Below, piece by piece: positions 10,507 to 21,082 of a DNA stretch of 64,000 bases. Each line of letters begins with the position of its first letter. Positions within the stretch are counted from its first letter, which is position 1. Under the pieces are notes generated by a model. The model made no database searches. It was not told the origin of the DNA and was given only the letters and a program-made list of their open reading frames with translations. The position numbers were made by a program, and so were the translations under genes. This DNA comes from a virus (lineage: Duplodnaviria; Caudoviricetes), in IMG/VR virus record IMGVR_UViG_3300031993_000010, positions 64,001-128,000 of that record. One strand, written 5' to 3'.

Positions 10507-10962
10507 ATGGAATATAGAATGTACTGTTTGGCAGAATGCCACCTGTCATCAATTCAAAAGGCAATTCAATCGGCACACGCCATCGTGGAGTATTCATCCC
10601 AATATGGCGATACTGAGGAATACAAACAATGGGCAAAAAAGGATAAAACCATTATAATCCTCAATGGAGGGGCACTACCCGAAATGCAATCTGTGGATGG
10701 ATTTCTTCTGCAGAACAATATTAAGTATGCAACATTTGCCGAACCTGACATGGGGCATATGCTGACATCTATTTGTTTCCTTGCTGACGAGCGGGTGTGG
10801 GACTATGATAAATTCGGGCATAGTTATGCTGAGTACAATTTTCGTACAACAGCAGATAAAATGTTACCAAAGTTAACGCCGGATGAATGGACCGAATGGA
10901 TTGGCGGCGAAATAAACAAACTAAAAAAGGATATTGTTTCATCGTTAAAAATAGCATTATGA
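10507..10962 (+). CDS. peptidyl-tRNA hydrolase (Pth2-like) protein
   Basis: QKAIQSAHA, KTIIILNGG, FAEPD..LTSICF pattern. Confidence 0.6.
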   Translation: MEYRMYCLAECHLSSIQKAIQSAHAIVEYSSQYGDTEEYKQWAKKDKTIIILNGGALPEMQSVDGFLLQNNIKYATFAEPDMGHMLTSICFLADERVWDYDKFGHSYAEYNFRTTADKMLPKLTPDEWTEWIGGEINKLKKDIVSSLKIAL

Positions 10963-11222
10963 GCAAAGAATTTTTAGACTATTTGGCTGAATGTTATCCA
11001 GATTCAATAATACTTGAAGGCTTGGATGACGGGATTATCGGAATAGATGTTGACGGACATATTGTCTATTCCTACGAGAAGTGCTGTCAGGCGTTAATGA
11101 AGAACGACAACATGACAGACGAAGAGGCTCGTGAATGGATTGACTACAACACAATCAGGGCAATACCCTACATGGGTGAAAACAAGCCCATAATGATGTA
11201 TGACGCACAGGATTTTGTATAA
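10959..11222 (+). CDS. conserved phage hypothetical protein
   Basis: GLDDGIIG...VYSYEK...EEAREWIDYN. Confidence 0.7.
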   Translation: MSKEFLDYLAECYPDSIILEGLDDGIIGIDVDGHIVYSYEKCCQALMKNDNMTDEEAREWIDYNTIRAIPYMGENKPIMMYDAQDFV

Positions 11223-11231
11223 ACAAAAACA

Positions 11232-11600
11232 ATGAAAAACATGGAAACAGTTTACAGAAAAGTCAAAAGCAAAAACGGTCGTGTAACTTATGTACCATGC
11301 GGAACTGATGTGGATGTACTCGGTGACGGTATATGGTATGTACGTACAAGACCCGGTGTCCGTTCAACCACAAGCGTGGAATATATCAGCGAATTGTTGA
11401 AAATCGGCATGCCTGAAAAGATGACCGTACCTGAAATGTGTGGACTTTACGATGTTGCGGAGGCGGTCATGCGGAACGAGGAATTCCAGAAAATGATGAG
11501 TAAAAGTTTCTCAACGCACGATTTGACGGTGAAGGTTGTTTCAATTGCGCTTGACTACATAAAAGAGAACAATAAGAAGAAAAAAGTTACAAACAAATGA
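11232..11600 (+). CDS. hypothetical protein
   Basis: ORF in operon. Confidence 0.65.
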   Translation: MKNMETVYRKVKSKNGRVTYVPCGTDVDVLGDGIWYVRTRPGVRSTTSVEYISELLKIGMPEKMTVPEMCGLYDVAEAVMRNEEFQKMMSKSFSTHDLTVKVVSIALDYIKENNKKKKVTNK

Positions 11601-12133
11601 GCACAAATTGCATAAGGGTTGTGGAATATCGTACCCGTCAAGGTGAATGGGTGAGATGCAACAAGACAAATGACAATTTCCACGGTTTCGACACGTGGAG
11701 AAACGAGGAATATAGCGACCGTGGGTTTCCACAAGGTTGTACCATTGACAAATCGGAGTACACCGATATGCTCGACGGCATGAAAAGGGATTTGTCTTGG
11801 GGTAAGTCTTACATCACATTGGAAGAACTTGAGAAATGGATAGAAAAAGAGTGTAACAATGCTGCCGATTTCCTTTACCGTGAAATGACAAATAGCCAAT
11901 TCGCCTACATAATCAAAAAAATGGAAGGAAAGGAAACTGTTACTGAGAACGAAATCATTACCAACGAGGGTTTTAGGGAAACTTTTGAGGAATGCCTTGG
12001 TTGGTTCAGTGGATTGCAGTCGGAATACATAGCAGCATATACGGCGGCTCAGATGAAATATAAAGACGGCAATGATGGTGATGCATATTGTCTTCCACTT
12101 GACAGGGTAAGAATAGTTTATTGGTTTGAATAG
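11597..12133 (+). CDS. hypothetical protein
   Basis: ORF in operon with ATGA overlap. Confidence 0.7.
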   Translation: MSTNCIRVVEYRTRQGEWVRCNKTNDNFHGFDTWRNEEYSDRGFPQGCTIDKSEYTDMLDGMKRDLSWGKSYITLEELEKWIEKECNNAADFLYREMTNSQFAYIIKKMEGKETVTENEIITNEGFRETFEECLGWFSGLQSEYIAAYTAAQMKYKDGNDGDAYCLPLDRVRIVYWFE

Positions 12134-12180
12134 TTTTAAACATATTGTTTAATTATGAAAAGCATGAAAAATTAAAAACA

Positions 12181-12882
12181 ATGAAAGCATACAAGGGATT
12201 TGAACGGCATAAAGACGGTACGTTGTGGTGTCGTGACTTCCAATACGAGGTCGGTAAGACATACACATTTGATGGTAAACCTGTACCATGTAAACAAGGT
12301 TTCCACGCTTGCCATGAGCCGTGGCAGTGTTGGCCGTTTTATCCGAATAACGGGGAGAATGTGTACTACGAAGTTGAATGTGGTGGGAAGATAATCGAAA
12401 GTAATGATGATGGTGACGGCAAGTTCGTATGCACCGAGATAACCTTATTGAGAGAGATACCTGAACCTGAAAATAAGGTTGATGATTGTTGGTATTTCCG
12501 AGACGGCTATGCAATGGTGGAGTTGAATGATAAATATAACCACATCAATACAGAAGGAGAATATCTATCCGAGCAGTGGTGGGATTGGTGTGATAATTTC
12601 CGCAATGGTTATGCAATGGTGGTGTTGAATGGTAAATGTAATTTCATCGGTACAGATGGAAAATACCTATCCGAACAATGGTTTAATTGGTGTCGGAATT
12701 TCGAAGATGACTATGGAATAGTGGAGTTGAATGGTAAATGTAACCACATTAACACAGAAGGAAAGATATTGTCCGAGCAGTGGTGGGATTGGTGTGGTAA
12801 TTTCAAAGACGGATATGCAATGGTGGAGTTAAATGGTAAATGGTACAGAATAGATAAAAATGGAAAAATAACACAACTATGA
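12181..12882 (+). CDS. WG-repeat protein with KAYKGF/GFHAC N-terminal domain (copy 1)
   Basis: ~34-aa repeats GYAMVELNGKxNxIxTEGxYLSEQWWD. Confidence 0.8.
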   Translation: MKAYKGFERHKDGTLWCRDFQYEVGKTYTFDGKPVPCKQGFHACHEPWQCWPFYPNNGENVYYEVECGGKIIESNDDGDGKFVCTEITLLREIPEPENKVDDCWYFRDGYAMVELNDKYNHINTEGEYLSEQWWDWCDNFRNGYAMVVLNGKCNFIGTDGKYLSEQWFNWCRNFEDDYGIVELNGKCNHINTEGKILSEQWWDWCGNFKDGYAMVELNGKWYRIDKNGKITQL

Positions 12883-13283
12883 CACAAGAGGAAAAATCCC
12901 TATTACTCCAAGACCTCTGTGCGAGGTTGCTTTACGAAACGAGAGTAAGGTACTTCTTTGAGTTTGCCGGAGTAGCAGGTATTACCGGATATTCAGACGA
13001 AGGAACACTTTCCTATAATAAATTACAAGACTTTTCATTGCCAGATATAGGATTAGAAAGACGTAGGGTGGTTAATATATTTCCATATCTCCGTCCAATA
13101 TCGAGCATGACTGAGGAAGAATATAACGAATACTCGTTATACGACTGTTATACAATCTACGACGATGGGAAACAGATAAGCAATGGTGGTGGAATGGATT
13201 GGCTAAACGCCCATCACTTTGATTATCGTGGATTGATTGAGAAAGGTCTCGCACTTGAAGCACCTGAGGGAATGTATAATTAA
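12879..13283 (+). CDS. conserved phage hypothetical protein
   Basis: PYLRPISSMTEEE...WLNAHHFDYRGLIEKGLALEAP. Confidence 0.7.
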   Translation: MTQEEKSLLLQDLCARLLYETRVRYFFEFAGVAGITGYSDEGTLSYNKLQDFSLPDIGLERRRVVNIFPYLRPISSMTEEEYNEYSLYDCYTIYDDGKQISNGGGMDWLNAHHFDYRGLIEKGLALEAPEGMYN

Positions 13284-13302
13284 ATGAAAGGAGAGTAAAA
13301 CA

Positions 13303-14040
13303 ATGAAAGCATACAAAGGATTTAGAAAACTCGAAGATGGTAGGCTGATGTGTCGTTACTTCCAATACGAAGTCGGCAAGACATACACATTTGATGGTAA
13401 ACCTGTAATATGTGAACAGGGGTTCCATGCATGCCATGAGCCATGGCAGTGTTGGCCGTTTTATCCAAACAACGGTGAGAACGTGTACTACGAGGTTGAG
13501 TGCGGTGGGAAAATAGTTGAAAGTAATGATGGCGACGGCAAGTTCGTCTGCACCGAGATAACCTTGGTAAGAGAGATACCTGAACCTGAAAATAAGGTTG
13601 ATGATTGTTGGTATTTCCGAGACGGCTATGCAATGGTGGAGTTGAAAGGTAAATGGAACTTTATTGACACGGATGGACGGTTGTTATCCGAGCAGTGGTG
13701 GGATGATTGTGGTTGTTTCAGTGATGGATATGCAAAGGTGGAGTTGAACGGCAAATTTAACTATATCAATACAGAAGGAAAATACCTATCCGAGCAGTGG
13801 TGGGATGATTGTTGGAATTTCAGTAATGGCTATGCGAGTGTGAAATTGGATGGTAAATGGAACTTTATTGACACGAAAGGAAAATACCTATCGGAGCAGT
13901 GGTGGGATTGGTGTGGTGATTTCCGCAATGGTTATGCAGTGGTGAAATTGGATGGTAAATGGAACTGTATCAATACAGAAGGAAGCCTGATATCGGAGCA
14001 GTGGTGGGATTGTTGTTTGAATTTCCGTTTGGAATGGTAA
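13303..14040 (+). CDS. WG-repeat protein (copy 2)
   Basis: Near-identical N-terminal domain to 12181..12882. Confidence 0.8.
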   Translation: MKAYKGFRKLEDGRLMCRYFQYEVGKTYTFDGKPVICEQGFHACHEPWQCWPFYPNNGENVYYEVECGGKIVESNDGDGKFVCTEITLVREIPEPENKVDDCWYFRDGYAMVELKGKWNFIDTDGRLLSEQWWDDCGCFSDGYAKVELNGKFNYINTEGKYLSEQWWDDCWNFSNGYASVKLDGKWNFIDTKGKYLSEQWWDWCGDFRNGYAVVKLDGKWNCINTEGSLISEQWWDCCLNFRLEW

Positions 14041-14121
14041 CAAAAATAGTATATTTAAGATGCATGGTTCTGGTTTGAGAAAGGTTATGTTGGTGATACA
14101 ATTATAAAGTGGATTTAGGTT

Positions 14122-14880
14122 ATGTTAGAAATCAATAAGATATATAACGAAGACTGCCTTGAAGGGATGAAACGCATTCCTGACGGGAGTGTGGACTTTA
14201 TGGTCACATCTCCTCCGTACAATGCGGGCATGGACTACGGCGAATGCTACAATGACAACAAGCCGTTAAACGAGTATCTTGCATTTATCGGAAATGTGAT
14301 GGTTGAGGTTTACCGTGTCCTGAAAGACGGTGGCCGTGCAGCGATAAACATCGCCAACACAGGCAGAAAACCATACATACCTCTGTCCTCATACATTAAT
14401 GTTATAATGATTCAGATTGGATTTCAATGCCGTGGGGAAATCATTTGGGACAAAGGCGCAAGCGTTGGCTCGAGTTGTGCATGGGGAAGTTGGAAATCGG
14501 CTTCCAACCCAAGTTTAAGGGATGTGCATGAGTATATTTTGGTGTACAGTAAGGGTGACTACAAGCATAAGAGTGAAGGAGATTCAACCATTGAAGGGGA
14601 AGAATTTACCGAATACACCAAATCGATTTGGCGAATGAGCACGGCAAGCGCCAAAAAGATTGGCCATCCTGCGCCATATCCAATTGAACTACCGACGAGG
14701 TTGATAAAACTGTACACGTTTTCCAACGATATAGTACTTGACCCGTTCATGGGTAGCGGTACGACAGCGATTGCTTGCATCAACGAAAACCGCAGGTATA
14801 TCGGTTTTGAACTTAATAAGGATTTTTATACCAATTCATTAAAAAGAATAGAGGAAACAACAGACAATGGCAAAGATTAA
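14122..14880 (+). CDS. DNA amino-methyltransferase, beta class (N4-C/N6-A)
   Basis: TSPPY before DPFMGSGTT; HPAPYP. Confidence 0.92.
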   Translation: MLEINKIYNEDCLEGMKRIPDGSVDFMVTSPPYNAGMDYGECYNDNKPLNEYLAFIGNVMVEVYRVLKDGGRAAINIANTGRKPYIPLSSYINVIMIQIGFQCRGEIIWDKGASVGSSCAWGSWKSASNPSLRDVHEYILVYSKGDYKHKSEGDSTIEGEEFTEYTKSIWRMSTASAKKIGHPAPYPIELPTRLIKLYTFSNDIVLDPFMGSGTTAIACINENRRYIGFELNKDFYTNSLKRIEETTDNGKD

Positions 14881-15715
14881 ATCACCGTTAAGATATCCAG
14901 GTGGGAAGTCGAGGGCAGCCGAATGGCTTGTATCCTTCTTTCCTGAGTTTGAGGAATACAGGGAACCGTTTCTTGGTGGTGGTTCGGTGTTTATAAAGGC
15001 AAAACAGACATATCCCCCCATCGGAATAATAAACAACAAAGCCTTCTACAGAAAGTATTGGATTAATGACCTGTACTATGATTTGTATTGTTTCTGGTGC
15101 GCCGTCCAATGCCAGCCTGCATTTCTGAAGCATTATATTGAAATATGGAGGGAACAATATCCCAACGGAAAGGAACTGTACAAATACCTCACCGAGAATC
15201 TGTTTATGTTCAGTGGGATAGAACGTGCGGCTGCCTTTTTCATATTGAACAGGATAACATTTTCAGGCACAAGCCTGAGTGGTGGCTACAGCCAACAGGC
15301 ATTCGAGAAACGTTTCACCGAGTCAAGCATCAAGCGATTTACGGATATTGTGCCTTTGATGAACATGACGAACATCACCAACTTGGACTATTCCAAACTG
15401 TTGGAAGAGGATGGTGAGAATGTTTTCATATTTATGGACCCACCGTATCACAGTGCGACAAAGTCAGCCCTCTATGGAAAAAACGGTGAACTGCACATAG
15501 GTTTCGACCATGAGCGTTTCGCCGAGGAGGTGAAGAAGTGCAAGCACAAGTGGATGATAACGTATGACGACTGCGAGTACACAAGGGAACTGTTCAAGGA
15601 CTATCAGATAACACCGTTTGAACTCATGTATGGAATGCGCAATGTCACCAAGGGAAACGAGATGAAAGGAAAAGAAATATTGATAACAAACTATAAAATA
15701 GAAGAAAAGTGTTAG
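14867..15715 (+). CDS. Dam-family DNA adenine methyltransferase
   Basis: RYPGGKS, EPFLGGGSV, DPPY. Confidence 0.92.
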   Translation: MAKIKSPLRYPGGKSRAAEWLVSFFPEFEEYREPFLGGGSVFIKAKQTYPPIGIINNKAFYRKYWINDLYYDLYCFWCAVQCQPAFLKHYIEIWREQYPNGKELYKYLTENLFMFSGIERAAAFFILNRITFSGTSLSGGYSQQAFEKRFTESSIKRFTDIVPLMNMTNITNLDYSKLLEEDGENVFIFMDPPYHSATKSALYGKNGELHIGFDHERFAEEVKKCKHKWMITYDDCEYTRELFKDYQITPFELMYGMRNVTKGNEMKGKEILITNYKIEEKC

Positions 15716-16500
15716 AAATAAACAAGATATATAACAAAGACTGTGTGGTCGGATTAAAAGAAGTTGATAGCAATTCGGTTGATTTGGTTGTCACTTCTCC
15801 GCCCTATGACGACATGAGGCAGTACAACGGTGCAATCTCCAATTGGAATGAAGATGCATTCAAAAACACAGCAAAGGAACTGTACAAGGTGATGAAGGTG
15901 GGTGGTGTTGTTGTATGGGTTGTCGGTGACAAAACCAAGAACGGTAGTGAGACAGGGACATCGTTCAGACAGGCTTTGTATTTCATGGAGTGCGGGTTTC
16001 TTCTCAATGACACCATGATTTTTGCTAAAAAGAATCCCATGCCTGAGGTACGGCAACCGAGATATGCACAGGAGTTTGAATACATGTTTGTTTTTTCAAA
16101 AGGCAAACCGAAAACCTTCAACCCTATTATGGTGCCGACCAAATGCGGTGGACAGGTGTACAATTCCACCTGTAAGAACATTGACGGTGAAAGCGGAAGA
16201 ACAAAGAAAAACTTTGTAATCAATTCAGAGAAAGTTCACGGCAACATATTTGAGATTGCGGTGGCAAGGAACCAAGGTGAAAAGAAACACCCTGCCGTCT
16301 TTCCCGAGGAGTTGGCTGACATACATGTGAAGACTTGGAGTAACGAGGGGGATTTGGTGCTTGACCCGTTCATGGGCAGTGGAACCACAGCGGTTTCGGC
16401 AATAAAAAACAAGCGGAACTATATCGGTTTCGATGTAAATGGGGAATATTGTGAGATGGCGAGGGATAGAATTGAACAGACTGTCAAAATGCAACGTTAG
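15709..16500 (+). CDS. DNA amino-methyltransferase, beta class
   Basis: TSPPY, HPAVFP, DPFMGSGTT; GTG start. Confidence 0.92.
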   Translation: MLEINKIYNKDCVVGLKEVDSNSVDLVVTSPPYDDMRQYNGAISNWNEDAFKNTAKELYKVMKVGGVVVWVVGDKTKNGSETGTSFRQALYFMECGFLLNDTMIFAKKNPMPEVRQPRYAQEFEYMFVFSKGKPKTFNPIMVPTKCGGQVYNSTCKNIDGESGRTKKNFVINSEKVHGNIFEIAVARNQGEKKHPAVFPEELADIHVKTWSNEGDLVLDPFMGSGTTAVSAIKNKRNYIGFDVNGEYCEMARDRIEQTVKMQR

Positions 16501-16511
16501 CATATTTATTA

Positions 16512-17351
16512 ATGATGGTCTGCGAATATATAACAATAAAAAAGAACGGTGTTGAACTTTTTACCCTTGACGGTGTGAAAAGCGGTGACATATTGACAGT
16601 GACCGTAAGGGAGTCACTGACCCCTGGTTATGAATTTGACGAGTGGCAGGATGAAAACGGGGTTCGGATAGAACCGCAGCCACAGAGAATTGAAGGTGAG
16701 GGTGACCCGACTTTTAATATTATCATTCATTGTGGATGGACATACAATGCGGCATTCCGTGTCAAGCCGATTGAATATTACAGCGTTGTCCTACACAGCA
16801 GCGACACAGACCTTGGACGTGTTGAGGGTGGTGGATTGTATGAGGAAGGCGACACCGTTGTTATCAGGGCGATAGCAAATAACAGTTGCTGTACCGAATT
16901 TTTGGGTTGGTACGAGAACGATGTCTTGTTGTCGTCGGAAGCGACATATGTGTTCAACTCATTGGATTCCTACCACAACTGTGAGGCAAGGTTTGAACAG
17001 ATTGTCATTACATACAATGTCGGCATTGTTGGATGTTCCCCTGAACTTGTTGAGATAACGGCAAACCAAGACGATTATGTGTGTGGTGATACAGCCGTTT
17101 TCACAATAACGGACTATGACGACGAACATCTTATATTCGACGGATGGTACGTGAACGGTGAACCCGTGGTTCCACCCAACAGCGGTTCGGGAAGTGAACC
17201 CCTTGAGTACAGTTTTGTCGTAGACTGCGACACCAAGGATGATGCCATCGAAGCGCATTTCACCCCGATAGTGCCACCTCAGCAGTATAATATAAACCTG
17301 TATTTCGACCTTGGTGAAATTAACCCGTTTAACGTTGAAATATTTGAATAA
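16512..17351 (+). CDS. InlB B-repeat-like beta-rich protein
   Basis: GRVEGGGLYEEGDTVVIRA...FLGWY; FDGWY. Confidence 0.6.
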   Translation: MMVCEYITIKKNGVELFTLDGVKSGDILTVTVRESLTPGYEFDEWQDENGVRIEPQPQRIEGEGDPTFNIIIHCGWTYNAAFRVKPIEYYSVVLHSSDTDLGRVEGGGLYEEGDTVVIRAIANNSCCTEFLGWYENDVLLSSEATYVFNSLDSYHNCEARFEQIVITYNVGIVGCSPELVEITANQDDYVCGDTAVFTITDYDDEHLIFDGWYVNGEPVVPPNSGSGSEPLEYSFVVDCDTKDDAIEAHFTPIVPPQQYNINLYFDLGEINPFNVEIFE

Positions 17352-17372
17352 CAGTCTTAAGCAAGAGTCCCC

Positions 17373-18212
17373 ATGTCAATAATATATTACAACAACCCTG
17401 CCGTAACGTTCAGTGAACCTGATGGAGAATACCAAATCCGTATAGAAGCCAACAGGCATTACCTTATTTCGGGTGTTGAGACGACAGATGACTATCCGTC
17501 CGCATCGGCTGAATGGACCGCAGTGGAGACAACGGGGGAAGGTGAAGGTGTGGGAGTTCTTAACGAGGGCAAATACAGTATGGTTGATGTGCCTGTTGAG
17601 GTTAGTGGCGGTAATTTGAACTACAGGGTGATATCGTCACCCGAATCATTTGCTGTCATATTGTATCGGAACTATTCCGACAGTGACTACACAAATATCA
17701 ACAAGTACACCGACCATGACGTGAACCACATTTCCAAACCCAATATAACGGTTCAAACGCACACATTTGTTTATATGTTTGACGATGTTACGATACAATA
17801 CCCATCCGAAAGCGGATGGGCAATCCCGTCAGGGTACAATACGTTCCTTGGGTGGAATAGACAGTGTGACGGTTCAGGGGAATGGATGACTAATTTGACA
17901 AATGTGACTCAAGACATAGAATTGTACGCAATATACAGTCTAACAATTAACCCGCCGTCAATAAGATATAAGCCGGATGATACCCACAAGTATTTTGAAA
18001 TGAGACCAAATAATGATGATTTGCAAGGAGTATTAATTTATTATAGATGGGATGTGGATGCACAGGATTCAAGATATGAAGGCCCGACACTGATACCGGC
18101 GGGGGCAAACAAGGTTACAATGTGGTGTGCATATAATGACGTTAATAGCAATTCCTTAACAGTCTACATAGATGGTAATCCTCAGTTGTCCGAACAATGG
18201 TATCCCTTATGA
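17373..18212 (+). CDS. InlB B-repeat-like beta-rich protein
   Basis: FLGWN...DGSG...VTQDIELYAIY. Confidence 0.55.
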   Translation: MSIIYYNNPAVTFSEPDGEYQIRIEANRHYLISGVETTDDYPSASAEWTAVETTGEGEGVGVLNEGKYSMVDVPVEVSGGNLNYRVISSPESFAVILYRNYSDSDYTNINKYTDHDVNHISKPNITVQTHTFVYMFDDVTIQYPSESGWAIPSGYNTFLGWNRQCDGSGEWMTNLTNVTQDIELYAIYSLTINPPSIRYKPDDTHKYFEMRPNNDDLQGVLIYYRWDVDAQDSRYEGPTLIPAGANKVTMWCAYNDVNSNSLTVYIDGNPQLSEQWYPL

Positions 18213-18230
18213 CATTAACAATATTTAACA

Positions 18231-18277
18231 AAAAAAATTTGACTGACCGTAAAACAAGTGTTATCTTTGCAAACGTT
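18231..18277 (+). promoter_or_regulatory. class A promoter
   Basis: AAAATTTG ... TATCTTTG CAAACGT. Confidence 0.7.
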
Positions 18278-18298
18278 AATCAATATAATGTCTGCAAA

Positions 18299-19072
18299 AT
18301 GAGATACCAAGGAAGCAAGGCAAGACTTGCCAATAGCATTATCCCGATTATTACCAAGAACCTCTATAGTACGGACAAACTGTTCGTTGACCTGTTCGCA
18401 GGTGGAATGAACCTTGTTGACAAGGTTGACCATCCGTACAAGGCAGCTTGTGACATCAACAAATACGTCATAGAACTGTGGCGTGAACTGAAGGAGAACG
18501 GTGATAAAAATATACCCCAATATGTAACGTTTGAGGACTATCAGAAAGCCAAACAGCAGGTTCTGTATGAGGGTGAGGCTGTTTTCTCGAATGCAGAGTT
18601 GGGTTTTATAGGTCCGTGCTGTTCATACGGCGGCGGTTGGTTCAACGGGTATGCAAGATTTAACCCGAAGAAGAATGAAGACCACGTAAAGGAAGCACGT
18701 TCTGCCCTGCATAAGCAGGTGGAGAACTTCAAGCATCTTTCCGATACACGTTTCTATATAATGGACTATCAGAATCTTGAGATGAATTTCGACAAGGAAC
18801 AGATTGACAACATGGTCATATACTGTGACCCTCCATACAGCGAGACAAAGAAATACATTTCCGACTTTGACAACCAAGCGTTTTGGGATTGGGTACGGCG
18901 GATGTGCAAGACCTATAAGTGCGAGATATATGTCTCGGAATACAATGCGCCACCTGATTTTAAGTGCGTTTGGGAGAAAAAGCGGCCCGACGGCATGGGC
19001 ACATCCAAGACAGGTGAAAGGCAAAAGGTAAAAACGGAAAAACTATTTGTATATGATGAAGACATACAGTAA
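18299..19072 (+). CDS. Dam-like DNA adenine methyltransferase
   Basis: MRYQGSK, DLFAGG, YCDPPY, VSEY. Confidence 0.88.
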   Translation: MRYQGSKARLANSIIPIITKNLYSTDKLFVDLFAGGMNLVDKVDHPYKAACDINKYVIELWRELKENGDKNIPQYVTFEDYQKAKQQVLYEGEAVFSNAELGFIGPCCSYGGGWFNGYARFNPKKNEDHVKEARSALHKQVENFKHLSDTRFYIMDYQNLEMNFDKEQIDNMVIYCDPPYSETKKYISDFDNQAFWDWVRRMCKTYKCEIYVSEYNAPPDFKCVWEKKRPDGMGTSKTGERQKVKTEKLFVYDEDIQ

Positions 19073-19736
19073 AATTTTGGCGCATATTCCTCATTCATCC
19101 ATACAGGACTACGGTTACGGATGGGTTAGTTTGGCATTGATGTTTCCTCAGGTCAAGCAGTTAACCGATTGGCATACTGAGTTACTTTTCAACTCAAGCA
19201 ACCCCAAGGTTGAGGCAATGGTTTTTCCACATTCACGCTTCTATCTTGACGTGGAGCGCCTTGAAAATGACCCAATGGAGAATATCGGACAGGGAAAGGT
19301 ATACACGGAATACGACGGTTTCAAACGCAGTAACCTCACCCCTGAAGACATTGATAAATTAAACAATCTCTATCACGAATGGAAACAACTGTGTGCAGAC
19401 AAGGTCTCAGAGGACACCCTTGTCATTGACTGTCATTCGTTCGCTTCTTCAGTGTCTCCGAACATTGACGTGTGTATCGGGTTCAATGAGGATAATTCCA
19501 AGCCAAGTGACGAGGTCATAGACTTCATCATAAACGAATTCAAAATGCGTGGGCTTCGGGTGGGGGTGAATGAACCTTATTCCAATTCAATAGTTTTTGG
19601 AAAGGGACACCATTCAATAATGATTGAGTTGAACAAATCCATATATATGAATGAAGATACTCTTTTAATGCACCCAAATTCCTATAAGTTAGGTAATACA
19701 ATCCAAGGAATATACAACAGACTTTTGGGTGAATAG
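19053..19736 (+). CDS. N-formylglutamate amidohydrolase family protein
   Basis: HIPHSS, TDWHT, SRFYLDVER, IDCHSF, NEPY, MIELN. Confidence 0.8.
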   Translation: MMKTYSKILAHIPHSSIQDYGYGWVSLALMFPQVKQLTDWHTELLFNSSNPKVEAMVFPHSRFYLDVERLENDPMENIGQGKVYTEYDGFKRSNLTPEDIDKLNNLYHEWKQLCADKVSEDTLVIDCHSFASSVSPNIDVCIGFNEDNSKPSDEVIDFIINEFKMRGLRVGVNEPYSNSIVFGKGHHSIMIELNKSIYMNEDTLLMHPNSYKLGNTIQGIYNRLLGE

Positions 19737-19767
19737 ACTATTTATTGTAAAAGAATCAATTAAAACA

Positions 19768-20379
19768 ATGGATATAAAGCCTATATATGAAAATGCAGTC
19801 AGTTTTCATGACTTGTTTGAAAACAATATTGTATCGGAAGATGATGACAATAAAAGCCAAGAGGTGCACAATCTGATGACCGACCCTAAGAATTGGATTG
19901 TGAATGATTACGATGGATTTGTGGACAGTCTCAATAAGAGTACCCGAAGTGGGTTCCTCACACATTATACTCCTGAAAAATTGAAAGAATTAGGTGCAAC
20001 AACCTATCAGCTTAACGGATACAATATAGGATATGCGTTGATACCGACGAAAGAAGGTGAGGTGGATATAGTCTCTGTCCATAACAACGAACCCGACATA
20101 CATAATGTGGGTGATGTCATGCTCAAAAATGCAGTCAAGAACGGCGGTACACAGTTGGACCATTTCGACGGCAAACTGTCTGATTTTTATTCCAGAAACG
20201 GATTTGTTGAACATGACCGCCTGAAGTGGGACGATAAATACGCCCCTGAAGATTGGGATTACGAAAAATACGGTCGTCCTGACGTTATAGTGAGAAGGAA
20301 CTATCAGGCACAAGTGAATGAATGGGTATCTAAACAGAAATCCGTAACCGAGATGATAGAGAAATTCTATCAGAAATAA
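19768..20379 (+). CDS. hypothetical protein (possible GNAT-like domain)
   Basis: GGTQLDHFD..L..FYSRNGF; TATTTAT upstream. Confidence 0.55.
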   Translation: MDIKPIYENAVSFHDLFENNIVSEDDDNKSQEVHNLMTDPKNWIVNDYDGFVDSLNKSTRSGFLTHYTPEKLKELGATTYQLNGYNIGYALIPTKEGEVDIVSVHNNEPDIHNVGDVMLKNAVKNGGTQLDHFDGKLSDFYSRNGFVEHDRLKWDDKYAPEDWDYEKYGRPDVIVRRNYQAQVNEWVSKQKSVTEMIEKFYQK

Positions 20380-20389
20380 AATAAATTAT

Positions 20390-20782
20390 ATGGCAAAAGC
20401 AACAAGAGTCTGCAAGACTGTCACCCCAATGAGTGGTGACAATGTCTTCGATGTTTCCAGACCAAACATACTTTCCAACCCCTTCACCCACATCAAGGAT
20501 AAGAAGACGCTTGCAAAGCGTGTCGTCAAGGACAGGGAGACTGCAATAGCGCTTTATGAGAAGTACTTTGACGAGATGGTGTCCAAGGAAGGTGGTTTCA
20601 AGAAGGAGTTCGACAGGATGTACGAGGCGTTCAAGTCGAACGACGAGATATTTGTCATGTGCTACTGTAAGTTGGATGAAGCCTGCCATGGAGACATAAT
20701 CATCAAAAAACTGCAGAACAGGTTGGTGAAGGAGAAACTTGATGAAATAACTAAAAGAAAGGATTGCCCGCAAGAGCCTTGA
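20390..20782 (+). CDS. DUF4326-like protein
   Basis: RP..LSNPF, CYC....CHGDII. Confidence 0.7.
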   Translation: MAKATRVCKTVTPMSGDNVFDVSRPNILSNPFTHIKDKKTLAKRVVKDRETAIALYEKYFDEMVSKEGGFKKEFDRMYEAFKSNDEIFVMCYCKLDEACHGDIIIKKLQNRLVKEKLDEITKRKDCPQEP

Positions 20783-21059
20783 TAGTTTCTTCAACCTCAG
20801 TACAGGTGTCTTGGAATGAAAACACCTCCTCGGGTGAAAGTTCAAACCATTCGTTCAGGACACGTCTGTTGGCGAACCTTGTATGCAGCATTTTCTCCAT
20901 CTTGAACGGTCTCTTTGAGGGAAAGTATGAGACAACATGCAACTCGTTTCCGTTCCCCGTTTGGAGTTTCTTGATACGCTTTTCAATACTACCCCTTGTT
21001 ACACCTATCTTGTAGTACTCGGTTGCCGCATCACAAATCAGATAGACATATCCTCCCAT
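20751..21059 (-). CDS. GIY-YIG / T5orf172-like protein
   Basis: GYVYLI, YKIGVT, RIKKLQTGN, EKMLH, EWFEL. Confidence 0.8.
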   Translation of the reverse strand: MGGYVYLICDAATEYYKIGVTRGSIEKRIKKLQTGNGNELHVVSYFPSKRPFKMEKMLHTRFANRRVLNEWFELSPEEVFSFQDTCTEVEETIKALAGNPFF

Positions 21060-21082
21060 TTAAGATTTTTTTAGTATATTTA

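Noticed and set aside
12181-14040. Diversity-generating retroelement target/template pair
   Set aside because: Differences between repeats are not adenine-specific, both copies are coding, and no reverse transcriptase is in the window
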